A stretch of 64,000 nt of DNA, counting the filler, from Acidimicrobiia bacterium (GTDB lineage: Bacteria > Actinomycetota > Acidimicrobiia > Spongiisociales > CAZKJJ01): the NCBI GenBank assembly GCA_046759765.1. It is 3 parts of 3 records of this genome, joined end to end, with 100 filler letters (N's around TTAATTAATTAA, not from the genome) between each part and the next. Parts side by side here need not be neighbours in the genome. Positions count along the whole stretch, not along the records: positions 24,975 to 47,813 come from JBHICV010000023.1; positions 47,914 to 64,000 come from JBHICV010000047.1; 1 more part is not named here. One strand, written 5' to 3'. The stretch's first letter is position 1; every line of letters starts with the position of its first letter. Shown here piece after piece: positions 46,651-57,405 of this stretch. Position numbers and translations under genes: made by a program. A model generated the notes under the pieces. The model was not told the origin of the DNA. It made no database searches and worked only from the letters and a program-made list of their open reading frames with translations.

Positions 46651-47573
46651 CGCGCGCTCCTCCGCACGCGGGGATCGAGAATGCTGTAGAAGAGATCCAC
46701 CAGGAAGTTGAGGAGCACGAAGGCGACGGCTGCCACCAGCACGCCACCCTGGATCATCGGAAAGTCACGACCCGAAACAGAGTCGAGGATGAGTTCGCCG
46801 ATACCAGGCCAGTTGAAGATCGCTTCGATCACGACGGCTCCGGCCAACAGGAAGCCCATCTGGAGGCCGATCAGCGTGATGAGAGGTAGCGAGGCCACTT
46901 TGAGGCCGTGTATGAAGAACACTCGGCGCTCAGGAATACCTCGCGCCCTCGCCGCCCGGATGTAATCATCGCCCAGGGCCTCGTAGAAGGATTGTCGGAC
47001 CGTCCGGATCAGGATCGGCGAGAGCGCGATAACCAACGTCACGACCGGGAGAACGAAACTCTCAGGACCGGTCATGTCGATCGCGGGCAACCACCGTAGG
47101 CGAAGCGAAAAAACCAGCACCAGCACTACCGCCAGCCAGAAGGCAGGCGTCGCCTGAGCCAGTGCCACGTAGCCCAGGACGAACCGGTCCAGGATGCTGT
47201 TCGGCCTCCAGGCGGCGGCCATGCCGAGGATCAACGCCAGGCTCGAGGACACAACCACCGTGATGCCTGCCAGCGCCAGCGTGTTGGGGAGCGCCCGAAA
47301 AACAGCCGACCGCACCGGCTCGGACCCGTGGAATGTGGTCCCAAGGTCGCCCTGTGCCAGTCTCCACAGGTACTCGCCGTATTGGACCAGGACCGGCTTG
47401 TCGGTCCCCAGTCTCTCCCGGGTCTGGAGGATGATGTCTTCCGGGGTTCCGGGCGGGGTGACCAGCCGAGCCGGATCGCCCGTGGCGAGCCGAAGAACGA
47501 AGAAGGTGATCGTAACGACCGCCAGAACGACCAGGAACATCTGGCCGACCCGAAGGAGAACGCGACCGATCAT
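46647..47573 (-). CDS. ABC transporter permease (OppB/DppB-like)
   Basis: GDPA, GDLG, DYIRAARARG, IEAIFNWPGIG and RDFPMIQG. Confidence 0.92.
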   Translation of the reverse strand: MIGRVLLRVGQMFLVVLAVVTITFFVLRLATGDPARLVTPPGTPEDIILQTRERLGTDKPVLVQYGEYLWRLAQGDLGTTFHGSEPVRSAVFRALPNTLALAGITVVVSSSLALILGMAAAWRPNSILDRFVLGYVALAQATPAFWLAVVLVLVFSLRLRWLPAIDMTGPESFVLPVVTLVIALSPILIRTVRQSFYEALGDDYIRAARARGIPERRVFFIHGLKVASLPLITLIGLQMGFLLAGAVVIEAIFNWPGIGELILDSVSGRDFPMIQGGVLVAAVAFVLLNFLVDLFYSILDPRVRRSAR

Positions 47574-47642
47574 CCGCCGGACCGGTCTCCCGCCGGTCGG
47601 GCTCGATCAGGCCTCAGCATGGGCCCAATCTATCTGGAGCCG

Positions 47643-47813
47643 CTAGGAAGCGAGCTCGGCCTGGAAGAAGTCGGTCCTCAGCACGTTGGGCTGGACGACC
47701 AGGCCCTGCAGGTTGGCCGAGTGGGCAAGCGAGAAGTCGCTGTTGTAGAGGGGAATGTGCCACACCTGCTCCCACATGTGCTTCTGTAGGTCGTCGTAGA
47801 CCTGCGCCCGCTG
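47643..47813 (-). CDS. ABC substrate-binding protein (family 5), 3' fragment cut by the contig end
   Basis: Hand translation QRAQVYDDLQKHMWEQVWHIPLYNSDFSLAHSANLQGLVVQPN...stop, directly upstream of the permease. Confidence 0.75.
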   Translation of the reverse strand, partial: QRAQVYDDLQKHMWEQVWHIPLYNSDFSLAHSANLQGLVVQPNVLRTDFFQAELAS

Positions 47814-47913
47814 NNNNNNNNNNNNNNNNNNNNNNNNNNNNNNNNNNNNNNNNNNNNTTAATTAATTAANNNNNNNNNNNNNNNNNNNNNNNNNNNNNNN
47901 NNNNNNNNNNNNN
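47814..47913. other. Artificial contig linker (N44-TTAATTAATTAA-N44)
   Basis: Same 100-nt structure as the first gap; genes are truncated on both sides. Confidence 0.95.
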
Positions 47914-49275
47914 CAGCTCCGCGACCGAGCTGAAAGCGAGACGGATGAAATCCCAGTTGATCTCGCGTCCATCGGTGCCGAGATACTTCAGTACGTGTGC
48001 CCGTTCCCGCTGAACCTCTTCCAGCGTCTGGGTGGTCGCTGTGCCGGGCTCTGCGGTGAACCAGCCGACGGTGGTGTTGTGATCGTGGGTGCCGGTGTAC
48101 GCGACACAGTGCCGCACGTGATTGTGCGGTCGGTATTCTCGAGCCTTCGAATCCCTCCCAAACGCCATCTGCAAGATCCGCATGCCAGGGAGCCCAAACT
48201 CGTCGCGCAACGCGTCGACTTCGGGCGTAATGACTCCCAGGTCTTCGGCGATCACCGGAAGGTCACCGAGCGCACTCCGTAGGGCCTCAAACAGCGCCGC
48301 CCCTGGACCTTTCACCCATCGACCGTTGATGGCATCGGGCTCGCTTGCCGGGATCTCCCAATGGGCCTCAAAGCCTCGAAAGTGGTCGAGCCTGACCAGG
48401 TCAACCAGCAACAGGTTCGCCCGGAAACGATCAATCCACCACCGATAGCCCGACTTGGCTCTCTCGTCCCATCGGTAGATCGGATTGCCCCACCGTTGCC
48501 CGGTGGCGCTGAAATAGTCTGGCGGAACCCCGGCAACCACCGTGGGGTACCCGTTCTCATCGAGATAGAACAGCTCGGGATCCGACCAGACCTCCGCGCT
48601 ATCGTGTGCGACGTAGATAGGCAGATCACCAATGATCCGAATGCCTTTGCGATGGCAGTACTCTCTCAGGGCGGCCCATTGGTCGAAGAACAGGTACTGG
48701 ATGTACTGATGAAACTCTACGATGTCTCTGAGCTTGAGACTCCACTCTTGAAGCGCTTTCGAGTCGCGCTTGGCCAGAGCTTCCGGCCAGCGAGTCCAGA
48801 TCTTGCCCTCATGAGCTTCTCTCAGTGCCATGAACAACGCATAGTCCTCCAGCCACGCGGCATTTTTCTCACGGAATGTGCGACAGGCATCCGCGTGACC
48901 GGCCGGGGACGCAGATTTGAACCGTTCGAACGATCGGCGCAGCAATTCCAGCTTGAACTCGATTGCCGAACCGTAGTGCACGCGGTCATCAGGAAATGAA
49001 GGCGGACTCTCCAACTCACCGGGTGCGAGCAGCCCCTGCTCTACGAGCTTTTCCGGGCTAACGAGAATCGGATTCCCGGCGAAAGCGGAAAAGCACATAT
49101 ACGGAGAGTTCTCGTAGCCGGTAGGTCCGAGCGGCAGCACCTGCCACCAGCTCTGCCCTGCCGCCGCAAGGAAGTCGACGAACCGGTACGCCTCCGGTCC
49201 AACATCACCGATCCCCCAGCGCGCAGGCAGGGATGTGGGATGAAGCAAGATTCCGCTCCCCCTCGAAAGGTTCAA
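47914..49275 (-). CDS. malQ: 4-alpha-glucanotransferase (GH77), 3' truncated
   Basis: SGILLHPTSLP, WQVLPLGPT, GQRWGNP, RLDHFRGF, AEDLG and YTGTHDHNT. The start is TTG 49275 or GTG 49290. Confidence 0.95.
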
Positions 49276-49608
49276 CCTGCTTCCCCTCACCCAGTCAGTG
49301 CTTTCGCGTCCGCTTTCTCCGGACCTGGGCCTCGCGGTGGAAAGCTAGCGCTGTAGGTTGTAAAATGTCATGCAACGCGGATGCCCGTTCGAACAACCAG
49401 AAGTCAGGCCCAGCATCCTGCCGCTTTCCGCGGCTGGGCCCCTGTGTAGAACCCAGAAAAGAGAAGCTGTTCAGCGTATGCATCGCAACCTCAAGAGTAG
49501 CAGAACGATTGCACACAGAGACTCCGTGGCTGCCAAACGACGTACTCATATGATATCGCGACAAGATCGCGCCGCAAGAACCAGGCGGGCGCGTACGGAG
49601 CACACCGC

Positions 49609-50592
49609 GTGAGCGACGTGACCCTCACGCTTGCCCACCATGTCCGGACGACCGCCGGGCCGGCCGCAGACGAACTCGCGGTCATCCTGTCCCAGCTCGC
49701 CTTGGCCGGCAAGCTGATCGCCCGCGAGCTCGCCCGCGCCGCGCTGGTCGGTCAACTGGGCGCGACCGGTGAGATCAACGTGCAGGGCGAGGTGGTGAAG
49801 AAGCTCGATGTCTGGGCGGACGAGGTGGTGGTCAACGTTTTAGAGGTGACAGGGCTCGTTGGGACCCTCGTCTCGGAGGAGAAACCGGAGCCGTTCCACC
49901 TGCCTCACCGCGGAGGGGAATACATTGTTTGCTTCGACCCGGTGGACGGCTCGTCCAATCTGGACGTGAACGGAATCGTGGGGACGATCTTCTCTGTACA
50001 CCGTCGCCGAGAGCGGGCGCGCGATGCGCTCCAACCCGGGACAGGCCAAGCAGCTGCGGGCTACATCATGTACGGCCCCGGCACTCTCTTCGTGTACTCG
50101 GCCGGAAATGGCGTCCACGCTTTCACTCTCGACCCTACCATCGGGGAGTTCGTCCGCTCCCACCAGAACATTCAGATTCCCGCCCGAGGTCGAACCTACA
50201 GCGTGAACGAAAGCAACTCTCCCCGTTGGCACGCGAGTGTCCGGCGCTACATCGAATACCTCCGGACCCCAGACGTGACCACGGGCCGGCCCTACACGGC
50301 ACGCTACGTGGGCTCCCTGGTTGCCGACTTCCATCGCACACTCCTGGAGGGAGGAATCTTCTTGTACCCTGCCGAACCAACGCCCGACGGAAAAGCCACC
50401 GGCAAACTCCGGCTGCTCTACGAGGCCGCGCCCATGGCGTTCGTTGTCGAGCAGGCCGGAGGGCGCGCCAGCACCGGCACGGAAAGGATCCTGGACATCG
50501 ATCCCACTTCCCACCACCAACGAGTACCTTTCGTGATCGGAAGCCCCGAGGACGTCGCGTTGGCGGAGGAATTTATCGGGGAGCGTCGCTAA
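49609..50592 (+). CDS. fbp: Class 1 fructose-1,6-bisphosphatase
   Basis: FDPVDGSSNLD, RYVGSLVADFHR and GKLRLLYE. Confidence 0.95.
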   Translation: MSDVTLTLAHHVRTTAGPAADELAVILSQLALAGKLIARELARAALVGQLGATGEINVQGEVVKKLDVWADEVVVNVLEVTGLVGTLVSEEKPEPFHLPHRGGEYIVCFDPVDGSSNLDVNGIVGTIFSVHRRRERARDALQPGTGQAAAGYIMYGPGTLFVYSAGNGVHAFTLDPTIGEFVRSHQNIQIPARGRTYSVNESNSPRWHASVRRYIEYLRTPDVTTGRPYTARYVGSLVADFHRTLLEGGIFLYPAEPTPDGKATGKLRLLYEAAPMAFVVEQAGGRASTGTERILDIDPTSHHQRVPFVIGSPEDVALAEEFIGERR

Positions 50593-50612
50593 GACGACGC
50601 AGGAGGGTTTCA

Positions 50613-51536
50613 ATGACAGAGCGGGTGAGAGAAATCCTGAGCTGGTACGGGAGCGACAATCCCGGCACACTGACGAACCTGGCCAGGTTGCTCAATCATG
50701 GGAGCCTGGGGGGGACGGGCCGGCTTGTCATCCTCCCCGTCGACCAGGGCTTCGAGCATGGCCCGGCGCGGAGCTTCGCCCCCAATCCGCCGGCCTATGA
50801 TCCGCGCTACCACTTCGAGCTGGCTGTTGAAGCCGGGTGTAACGCCTATGCCGCGCCGCTCGGCTTTCTCGAGGGAGGTGTTCGCGAGTTCGCTGGTCAG
50901 GTGCCGCTCATTCTCAAGCTGAACGATCACGACGTTCTGCTGGAGGAGCGAGATCCCACGCAGGCCCTCACCGGCAGTGTCCGCGATGCTCTTCGTCTGG
51001 GGTGCGTCGGGGTTGGCTTCACGATTTACCCCGGTTCCCTGCACCGGCTCGAGATGTACAGCCAGATTCGTGCGCTGGCGGAGGAGGCCAAGCAGTACGG
51101 TCTGGCGGTGGTGATCTGGTCTTATCCGAGGGGGTCGGGGCTGAGCAAAGAAGGGGAGACGGCCATCGACGTCACCGCATACGCGGCCCATATCGCCGCC
51201 CAACTCGGCGCTCACATCATCAAGGTGAAGCTTCCCTCCGCCCACATTGAGCAGGCCCCGGCCAAGAAGGTCTACGAGCAGCAGGCCGTCCCGGTGGGGA
51301 CCCTCGCGGAGCGCGTCCGTCACGTGGTCCAGGCTGCCTTCAACGGGCGGCGTGTCGTCATCTTCTCCGGTGGGCCAGCCGAGCGGGATGAAGTCGTGTT
51401 CGAGGAGATCCGGGCCATTCGCGATGGCGGCGGTTTCGGTTCGATCATCGGGCGAAACTCGTTCCAACGGAAAAAGCCCGATGCTCTCAAGTTCCTGCGC
51501 TTGATCATGGACATCTACATGGGAACCGTCAAATAG
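50613..51536 (+). CDS. fbaB: Class I fructose-bisphosphate aldolase (DhnA type)
   Basis: AGGAGG before ATG 50613. Motifs ILPVDQGFEHGP, WSYPRG, IIKVK and GSIIGRNSFQR. Confidence 0.92.
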   Translation: MTERVREILSWYGSDNPGTLTNLARLLNHGSLGGTGRLVILPVDQGFEHGPARSFAPNPPAYDPRYHFELAVEAGCNAYAAPLGFLEGGVREFAGQVPLILKLNDHDVLLEERDPTQALTGSVRDALRLGCVGVGFTIYPGSLHRLEMYSQIRALAEEAKQYGLAVVIWSYPRGSGLSKEGETAIDVTAYAAHIAAQLGAHIIKVKLPSAHIEQAPAKKVYEQQAVPVGTLAERVRHVVQAAFNGRRVVIFSGGPAERDEVVFEEIRAIRDGGGFGSIIGRNSFQRKKPDALKFLRLIMDIYMGTVK

Positions 51537-51727
51537 AGAGACGCGCACGCCTCGCCCTGATCATTCTGCGACAACAGTTATTCGACGGCTCGCTCTGCTC
51601 AAGCCAGGCAGGCTTCGTGTATCGCGCGGCCATGGAGGGCGTCCTCAGGACGCGTCACAGGACGCGGATCGCCGGCAGCCATGAGGCGACCCAACGAGAC
51701 AAACGATACGGAAGGAGAGATGAAGGC

Positions 51728-52570
51728 ATGGACGTGAACACCGGGGAGATCGAAACGCTTAAGGAACGAGCCAGGCGGCTCCGCATCCTGGTCATGAAGA
51801 TGCTGGCGGCGGCGGGCTCCGGACACCCTGGGGGCAGCTTGTCCGCCGCCGACATCGTGACGTGCCTCTACTTCAGCGTGATGCGGCACCGGCCGGAGGA
51901 ACCGTTTTGGGAGGACCGCGATCGATTCATTCTGTCGAAGGGACACGCCTGCCCGGTTCTTTATGCGGCCCTCGCCGAAGCGGGCTATATCACGCACGAT
52001 CTCTTGACTTCCCTCCGGCGCTTCGGGAGCCCGCTCCAGGGCCATCCGGATCGGCGGAAGCTGGGCCTGATCGAGGCCTCCACCGGGTCTCTCGGTCTCG
52101 GTCTCAGCATGGGCATCGGGTTGGCCCTCGCCGCCCGCCTGCGAGGAAGCCCATCCCGCACATACGTGCTCCTGGGAGATGGCGAATCGCAGGAAGGACA
52201 AGTGTGGGAGGCGGCGATGTTTGCGCCGCACGTGCACCTCGGCAATCTCTGCGCGATCATCGATTACAACCGCCTCCAGCTCGACGCCGCGGTCGAAGAG
52301 CTTACCGACCTTGAGCCGCTCGCGGACAAATGGCGGGCGTTCAAGTGGCACACCATCGAAATTGATGGGCACGACATCGAGCAGATTCTCGATGCGTTCG
52401 ACCAGGCGGCCGGGATACCGGACCGGCCCACTATGATCATCGCCTCCACCGTGAAGGGAAAAGGGATTTCGTACATGGAGCATCAGCTGAAGTATCACGG
52501 GAGCGTCCCCGACAAGCCGGAGCTCATTCGCCAAGCGCTCCAGGAGCTCGGCACGGAGGTCGTGCCATGA
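51728..52570 (+). CDS. Transketolase, N-terminal subunit
   Basis: SGHPGGSLS, RDRFILSKGHA, LQGHP and GDGESQEG. Confidence 0.92.
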   Translation: MDVNTGEIETLKERARRLRILVMKMLAAAGSGHPGGSLSAADIVTCLYFSVMRHRPEEPFWEDRDRFILSKGHACPVLYAALAEAGYITHDLLTSLRRFGSPLQGHPDRRKLGLIEASTGSLGLGLSMGIGLALAARLRGSPSRTYVLLGDGESQEGQVWEAAMFAPHVHLGNLCAIIDYNRLQLDAAVEELTDLEPLADKWRAFKWHTIEIDGHDIEQILDAFDQAAGIPDRPTMIIASTVKGKGISYMEHQLKYHGSVPDKPELIRQALQELGTEVVP

Positions 52571-53556
52571 TCCGGCGGTGGCGGTCTCCGCTTGAGCTCG
52601 GCCCGGCTACCCGGGAAGCCTACGGTCGAACGCTCGCCCAGCTCGGCGAAGAGAACCCTCGCATCGTCGTGCTGGACGCGGATCTTTCCAAATCCACATA
52701 CACCGCCCTGTTCGGGGACAAGTTTAAGAAACGGTTCTTCAATGTCGGGATCGCCGAGGCCAACATGTGCTCGATCGCTGCGGGGCTCTCAGCCGGGGGC
52801 TTTGTCCCCTTCGCCTCCAGCTTTGCCTCGTTCCTCATGTGCAAGGGGTATGAGCAGCTACGGATCTGTTGCGCGTACATGGAGTTCAACGTGAACTTCG
52901 TGGGAAGCCACGGCGGCATCAGCCTCGGGGAGGATGGTCCCTCGCAGCAGTCCATCGAAGACGTGGCGCTCGCCTGCTGTCTGCCGGGCTTTACGGTCGC
53001 AGTCCCAGCCGACGAGGTCGCGACAGCGGCTCTCACCCGAGCCGCAGCCGAACACTACGGACCGGTCTATCTTCGGGTCGGACGACCGAAGGCGCTTCGG
53101 ATCTACGCTCCGGGCGAGGGCTTTTCCTTCGGCCGCGCGAAGACTTTGTCCGACGGAACGGACGTGGCGGTGATCGCCAACGGGTCCATGGTGGCCATCG
53201 CCTGCCAGGCCGCGGAGCTCGCCGAGCGCAAGGGAGTCAACGTCCGCGTCATCGACTGCCATACGGTCAAACCGCTCGATGAGGCAACCATTGAGATCGC
53301 CGCCGCGGAAACCGGGGCTCTCGTGGTCGCCGAGGAGCACCTCAGCCGACCCGGCCTAGCGAGCCTGGTGGCGCAGACGGTAGTAAACCGCCGTCCTGCG
53401 CCCATGGAGTTCGTGGGGCTGGCGGACACGTTCGCTGAGTCGGGCACGCCCCGAGAGCTTTTCCGCGCTTACGGCCTGACCGCCGAGCATATTCTCGGAG
53501 CGATCGATCGCGTGCTCGTCCGAAAGGAACAGGGCGCCGAAATATCACGCCGCTAG
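52567..53556 (+). CDS. Transketolase, C-terminal subunit
   Basis: DADLSKST, GIAEAN, GEDGPSQQ, GPVYLR and TVKPLD. Overlaps the upstream gene by 4 nt. Confidence 0.92.
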   Translation: MIRRWRSPLELGPATREAYGRTLAQLGEENPRIVVLDADLSKSTYTALFGDKFKKRFFNVGIAEANMCSIAAGLSAGGFVPFASSFASFLMCKGYEQLRICCAYMEFNVNFVGSHGGISLGEDGPSQQSIEDVALACCLPGFTVAVPADEVATAALTRAAAEHYGPVYLRVGRPKALRIYAPGEGFSFGRAKTLSDGTDVAVIANGSMVAIACQAAELAERKGVNVRVIDCHTVKPLDEATIEIAAAETGALVVAEEHLSRPGLASLVAQTVVNRRPAPMEFVGLADTFAESGTPRELFRAYGLTAEHILGAIDRVLVRKEQGAEISRR

Positions 53557-53565
53557 GAGAAACCC

Positions 53566-56418
53566 ATGCCACTCGTCGACCTCCGACAGTACGGCCAGAG
53601 CGTTTGGTACGACTTCATGAGCCGGCAACTGCTCGCTTCCGGAGAGCTCCTCCGAATGATCGCGCGTGACGGCCTGGCCGGCGTGACTTCGAACCCCACG
53701 ATTCTCGAACAGGCGGTGAACAGGTCGGATGCGTACGACGAAGAGATCGCGCTGCTTGCCCGGCGCAAGATGTCTGCTCGGGAGATCTACATCCGCGTTG
53801 TGACAGCAGACATCGCTGAAGCGGCCGACATCTTGCACTCGGTGTATGAGGCGACCGAGGGGGGGGACGGTTACGTGAGCCTAGAAGTCTCCCCCGCCGT
53901 GGCGGACGATGCCGAGAGTACCGTGAACGAGGCGCTGTCCCTCTGGCGGCTCCTGAACCGCGAAAACGTCATGATCAAAGTCCCGGGCACCGAGGCCGGC
54001 TTTACCGCCATCCGGCGACTGATCGCCGAGGGCGTGAACGTCAACGTCACGCTCTTGTTCTCTCGCGAGGATTATGAACGAGCGGCGCAAGCCTATATCA
54101 ACGGGCTCAAGGATCGGCTCGCAAAGGACGGCGACATCCGCAAGGTCGCCTCAGTCGCGAGTGTGTTCGTGAGCCGCATCGACACGATGATCGACAAGGA
54201 GCTCGACCGACTGGTCGCGGCCACGCGCGATCCAGAAACGAAGCACCGCCTGGACAGCCTCAAAGGCAAGGCGGCGATCGCCAATGCCAAGCTCATCTAC
54301 CAACGGTATAAGGAGCTGTTCGGGAGCGCCGAGCTTCAGGCGCTCGAGGCCCGAGGAGCCCGACGACAGCGACCGCTCTGGGCGTCCACCGGCACCAAGA
54401 ACCCAAAGTACAGCGACGTTCTCTACATCGAGGAGCTGGTCGGCCCTGAGACCGTTACCACGGTGCCACCAGGCGCGATGACCGCCTTTCGCGACCATGG
54501 CCGCGCGCGTCCGAGCATCGATCAGGACGTGGATGGCGCCCGCCGCGTCTTTGCCGAGCTCGACTCCATCGGGGTCGATGTCTCGCAAATCTACGCAGAG
54601 CTCAAAGCAGACGGGCTGAGAGCGTTCGCCGACTCTTTCGACGCCCTCATGGTGGGCATCGACACCAAGCGCAAGGCGGCCCTGCTCAAGGGGCGCTATG
54701 AGATTGCGGGTGCAGGCCTGGGAGAAGAGCTTGATCGCTATAGCGCCGAGCTTCAGCTGGCCGAATTCGCACGGGGAATGTGGGTCAAGCGGGCGGACCT
54801 CTGGTCGGAGGATCCGGCGGAGCAGAGACGCATCGGCAACCGCTTGGGATGGCTCGATTCTCCCGAGCGTATGGTCGCCCAGCTTCCTCGGCTCAAGCGG
54901 TTTGCCGCCGCCGTCCGGACGGATCGTTTTCGGCATGTGGTACTGCTCGGCATGGGTGGGTCGAGCCTCGCCCCGGAGGTCATGCGGGCTGTTCTAGGCG
55001 TGCAGCCCGGGTCCCCCACATTTACCGTGCTCGACTCCATCGACCCGGGCGCCGTCCGAGACGTCGAGCGCTCGATCTCGCCCCGGGAGACACTCTTCAT
55101 CGTGGCCAGCAAGTCGGGCACCACCGTCGAGCCCAACGTGCTCGCCGGCTACTTCAAGGACCGCCTCAAGGCGGCTGGAGTATCGCAGCCTGCAGGGCAT
55201 CTCGTCGCCATCACGGACGAAGGAACGCCCTTGCACGAACAGGCCCTGCAGGACGGATACCGCCAGATCTTCGTGAACCCAGCAGATATCGGCGGCCGCT
55301 ATTCCGCCCTCTCTTTCTTCGGCCTGGTCCCCGCCGCCCTCATGGGCATTGATCTCGACGGCCTCCTCGCCTGGGGCCGGGGAATGGCTCTGCTGTGCGG
55401 CCCGACTGCGGCCGTGGGCGAGAACCCGGGGGTCGCGCTTGGGATCACCATGGGGACGGCGGCGCGGAACGGACGCGACAAACTTACCCTGATTACGGGT
55501 CCGCGACTCCGCCGGTTCGGCCTTTGGATTGAGCAGCTCATCGCCGAATCGACCGGAAAGCGCGGGACGGGCATCGTGCCGGTTGATGGGGAGCCGCTCG
55601 GAACGCCCGAACTGTACGGCAACGACCGGCTGTTTGTCCGCTTGAGACTCCACGGCGGTGATCCCGAGGAGCACGACCGAGACGGCAAGGTCGAGCGGCT
55701 TCGCGCCGCCGACCATCCAATCGTGAACATCCGACTGGTGGAACCTCTGGGAATCGGGGCAGAGTTCTTTCGCTGGGAGATCGCGACGGCGGTAGCCGGC
55801 GAGCTCCTAGGGATCAACCCGTTTGACGAGCCGAACGTCCAGCAGGCGAAGGACCGGACGAAGGCCCTCCTGAGCCGGTACACGGCCGACACCCGGCTCC
55901 CGGAAGCGGCGCCACAGTTCGACGTCGAGGGCATCGGGCTGACCTTGAACCAGGTGGTGTTGGAGAAGATCGGCACGCCGAGCTCTGACCCGGTGGACGC
56001 CCTGGGCAGGTTCTTGAAGCTGATTCAACCGGGCGACTACGTCGCCCTCCTCGCCTACGCACCCCCGACCTCCGCGCTCGAGTCCAGACTCGCGACCCTT
56101 CGCCAGGGCTTTCGCAGTCGCCTCCGGGTTGCCACGACATGTGGCTTTGGGCCGCGGTATCTCCACTCCACCGGGCAGCTCCACAAAGGCGGCGTGAACA
56201 GCGGCGTTTTCGTGCTCTTCACCGCTCACCCCCGCGAGGATGCGCCCATTTTGGGCGAGCCGTTCTCCTTCGGCGTGCTCGAGCTGGCCCAAGCGCTCGG
56301 GGACTTGGAGTCGCTCGAGCAGACTGGACGCCGGGCCCTGAGGATCCACTTGCCGAGCCCGGAACCAGCGGTGCTCGATCGCGCCTGTCGCCTGCTTGAG
56401 GCGGCACTGGTCAAGTAG
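53566..56418 (+). CDS. Bifunctional transaldolase / glucose-6-phosphate isomerase
   Basis: Transaldolase part: GQSVWYD, TSNPTI, MIKVPGT, WASTGTK. Isomerase part: GMGGSSL, SKSGTT, GGRYSALS, QLIAESTGK, FDEPNV. Confidence 0.93.
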   Translation: MPLVDLRQYGQSVWYDFMSRQLLASGELLRMIARDGLAGVTSNPTILEQAVNRSDAYDEEIALLARRKMSAREIYIRVVTADIAEAADILHSVYEATEGGDGYVSLEVSPAVADDAESTVNEALSLWRLLNRENVMIKVPGTEAGFTAIRRLIAEGVNVNVTLLFSREDYERAAQAYINGLKDRLAKDGDIRKVASVASVFVSRIDTMIDKELDRLVAATRDPETKHRLDSLKGKAAIANAKLIYQRYKELFGSAELQALEARGARRQRPLWASTGTKNPKYSDVLYIEELVGPETVTTVPPGAMTAFRDHGRARPSIDQDVDGARRVFAELDSIGVDVSQIYAELKADGLRAFADSFDALMVGIDTKRKAALLKGRYEIAGAGLGEELDRYSAELQLAEFARGMWVKRADLWSEDPAEQRRIGNRLGWLDSPERMVAQLPRLKRFAAAVRTDRFRHVVLLGMGGSSLAPEVMRAVLGVQPGSPTFTVLDSIDPGAVRDVERSISPRETLFIVASKSGTTVEPNVLAGYFKDRLKAAGVSQPAGHLVAITDEGTPLHEQALQDGYRQIFVNPADIGGRYSALSFFGLVPAALMGIDLDGLLAWGRGMALLCGPTAAVGENPGVALGITMGTAARNGRDKLTLITGPRLRRFGLWIEQLIAESTGKRGTGIVPVDGEPLGTPELYGNDRLFVRLRLHGGDPEEHDRDGKVERLRAADHPIVNIRLVEPLGIGAEFFRWEIATAVAGELLGINPFDEPNVQQAKDRTKALLSRYTADTRLPEAAPQFDVEGIGLTLNQVVLEKIGTPSSDPVDALGRFLKLIQPGDYVALLAYAPPTSALESRLATLRQGFRSRLRVATTCGFGPRYLHSTGQLHKGGVNSGVFVLFTAHPREDAPILGEPFSFGVLELAQALGDLESLEQTGRRALRIHLPSPEPAVLDRACRLLEAALVK

Positions 56419-56493
56419 AAACGCACCGGTTGCCTGCTCATAGTACACTTCGTTTCGAGGCGCCGGCTGCGACCGGCTTCCAGGAGGCCAACT

Positions 56494-57399
56494 ATGGAGA
56501 TCGGATTCATCGGCCTAGGACGCATGGGCATGAACATGGTGACTCGCCTCAGGCAGGACGGCCATCGCGTGGTCACGTATGATCGGTCCCGCGAAAAGGT
56601 CAAGGAGTCAGAGGCCCAGGGAGCCGTCGGCACCGACTCGCTCGAAGGGCTGGTGCGCACCCTGGCGCCACCCCGGGGGGTGTGGCTGATGGTCCCTGCC
56701 GGGTCCCCCACCGAGGACACGGTTCGAGCCCTCACCGGCCTGCTTCAAACCGATGACGTGATCATTGATGGTGGCAACTCCTTTTACAAGGACGATGCCC
56801 GTCGGGCGACTGAGCTCCAGCGAAACGGGATTCATTATCTGGACGTCGGGACGAGCGGCGGAATCTGGGGACGTGAGGTCGGCTACTGCCAAATGATCGG
56901 GGGCGAGAAACCGATTTTCCGGCGCCTCGAACCGATCTTCAAGAGCCTCGCGCCGCCTGACGGGTATGCGTATATGGGACGGCATGGCGCAGGTCACTAC
57001 GTGAAAATGATCCACAATGGTGTCGAGTACGCCATGATGCAAGCCTACGCGGAAGGCTTCGCTCTCATGCACAAGAGCGATTTTGACCTCGACCTGCGGG
57101 CCATCGCCCATCTGTGGAACCAGGGGAGCGTGGTTCGCTCCTGGCTCCTCGAGCTGACGGAGCTCGCGCTCGAGAAGGACCCCGAACTCTCCGACATTAA
57201 GGGTTACGTGGAGGATTCCGGGGAAGGACGCTGGACCGTGTTTGACGCCATCGACAAGGACGTGCCCGCCCCCACCATTACCCTTTCCCTGTTCAGCCGC
57301 TTTCGCTCGCGTGAGACGGAGTCGTACGCCGACAAACTCCTCGCCGCCCTCCGCCAGGCGTTTGGGGGGCACACGGTGCGGCGCATGCGACAGGAGTAG
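56494..57399 (+). CDS. gnd: Decarboxylating 6-phosphogluconate dehydrogenase (short form)
   Basis: GLGRMG, DGGNS, GTSGG, VKMIHNGVEY and DSGEGRW. Confidence 0.95.
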   Translation: MEIGFIGLGRMGMNMVTRLRQDGHRVVTYDRSREKVKESEAQGAVGTDSLEGLVRTLAPPRGVWLMVPAGSPTEDTVRALTGLLQTDDVIIDGGNSFYKDDARRATELQRNGIHYLDVGTSGGIWGREVGYCQMIGGEKPIFRRLEPIFKSLAPPDGYAYMGRHGAGHYVKMIHNGVEYAMMQAYAEGFALMHKSDFDLDLRAIAHLWNQGSVVRSWLLELTELALEKDPELSDIKGYVEDSGEGRWTVFDAIDKDVPAPTITLSLFSRFRSRETESYADKLLAALRQAFGGHTVRRMRQE

Positions 57400-57405
57400 C
57401 GCGGC

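Noticed and set aside
49498..49513. Sigma-54-like site TAGCAGAACGATTGCA upstream of fbp
   Set aside because: It lacks the invariant GG at -24.
49929..50612. N-terminal extension of the aldolase suggesting a fusion
   Set aside because: It is alternate-frame read-through over fbp. The real start is 50613, which has an AGGAGG RBS.
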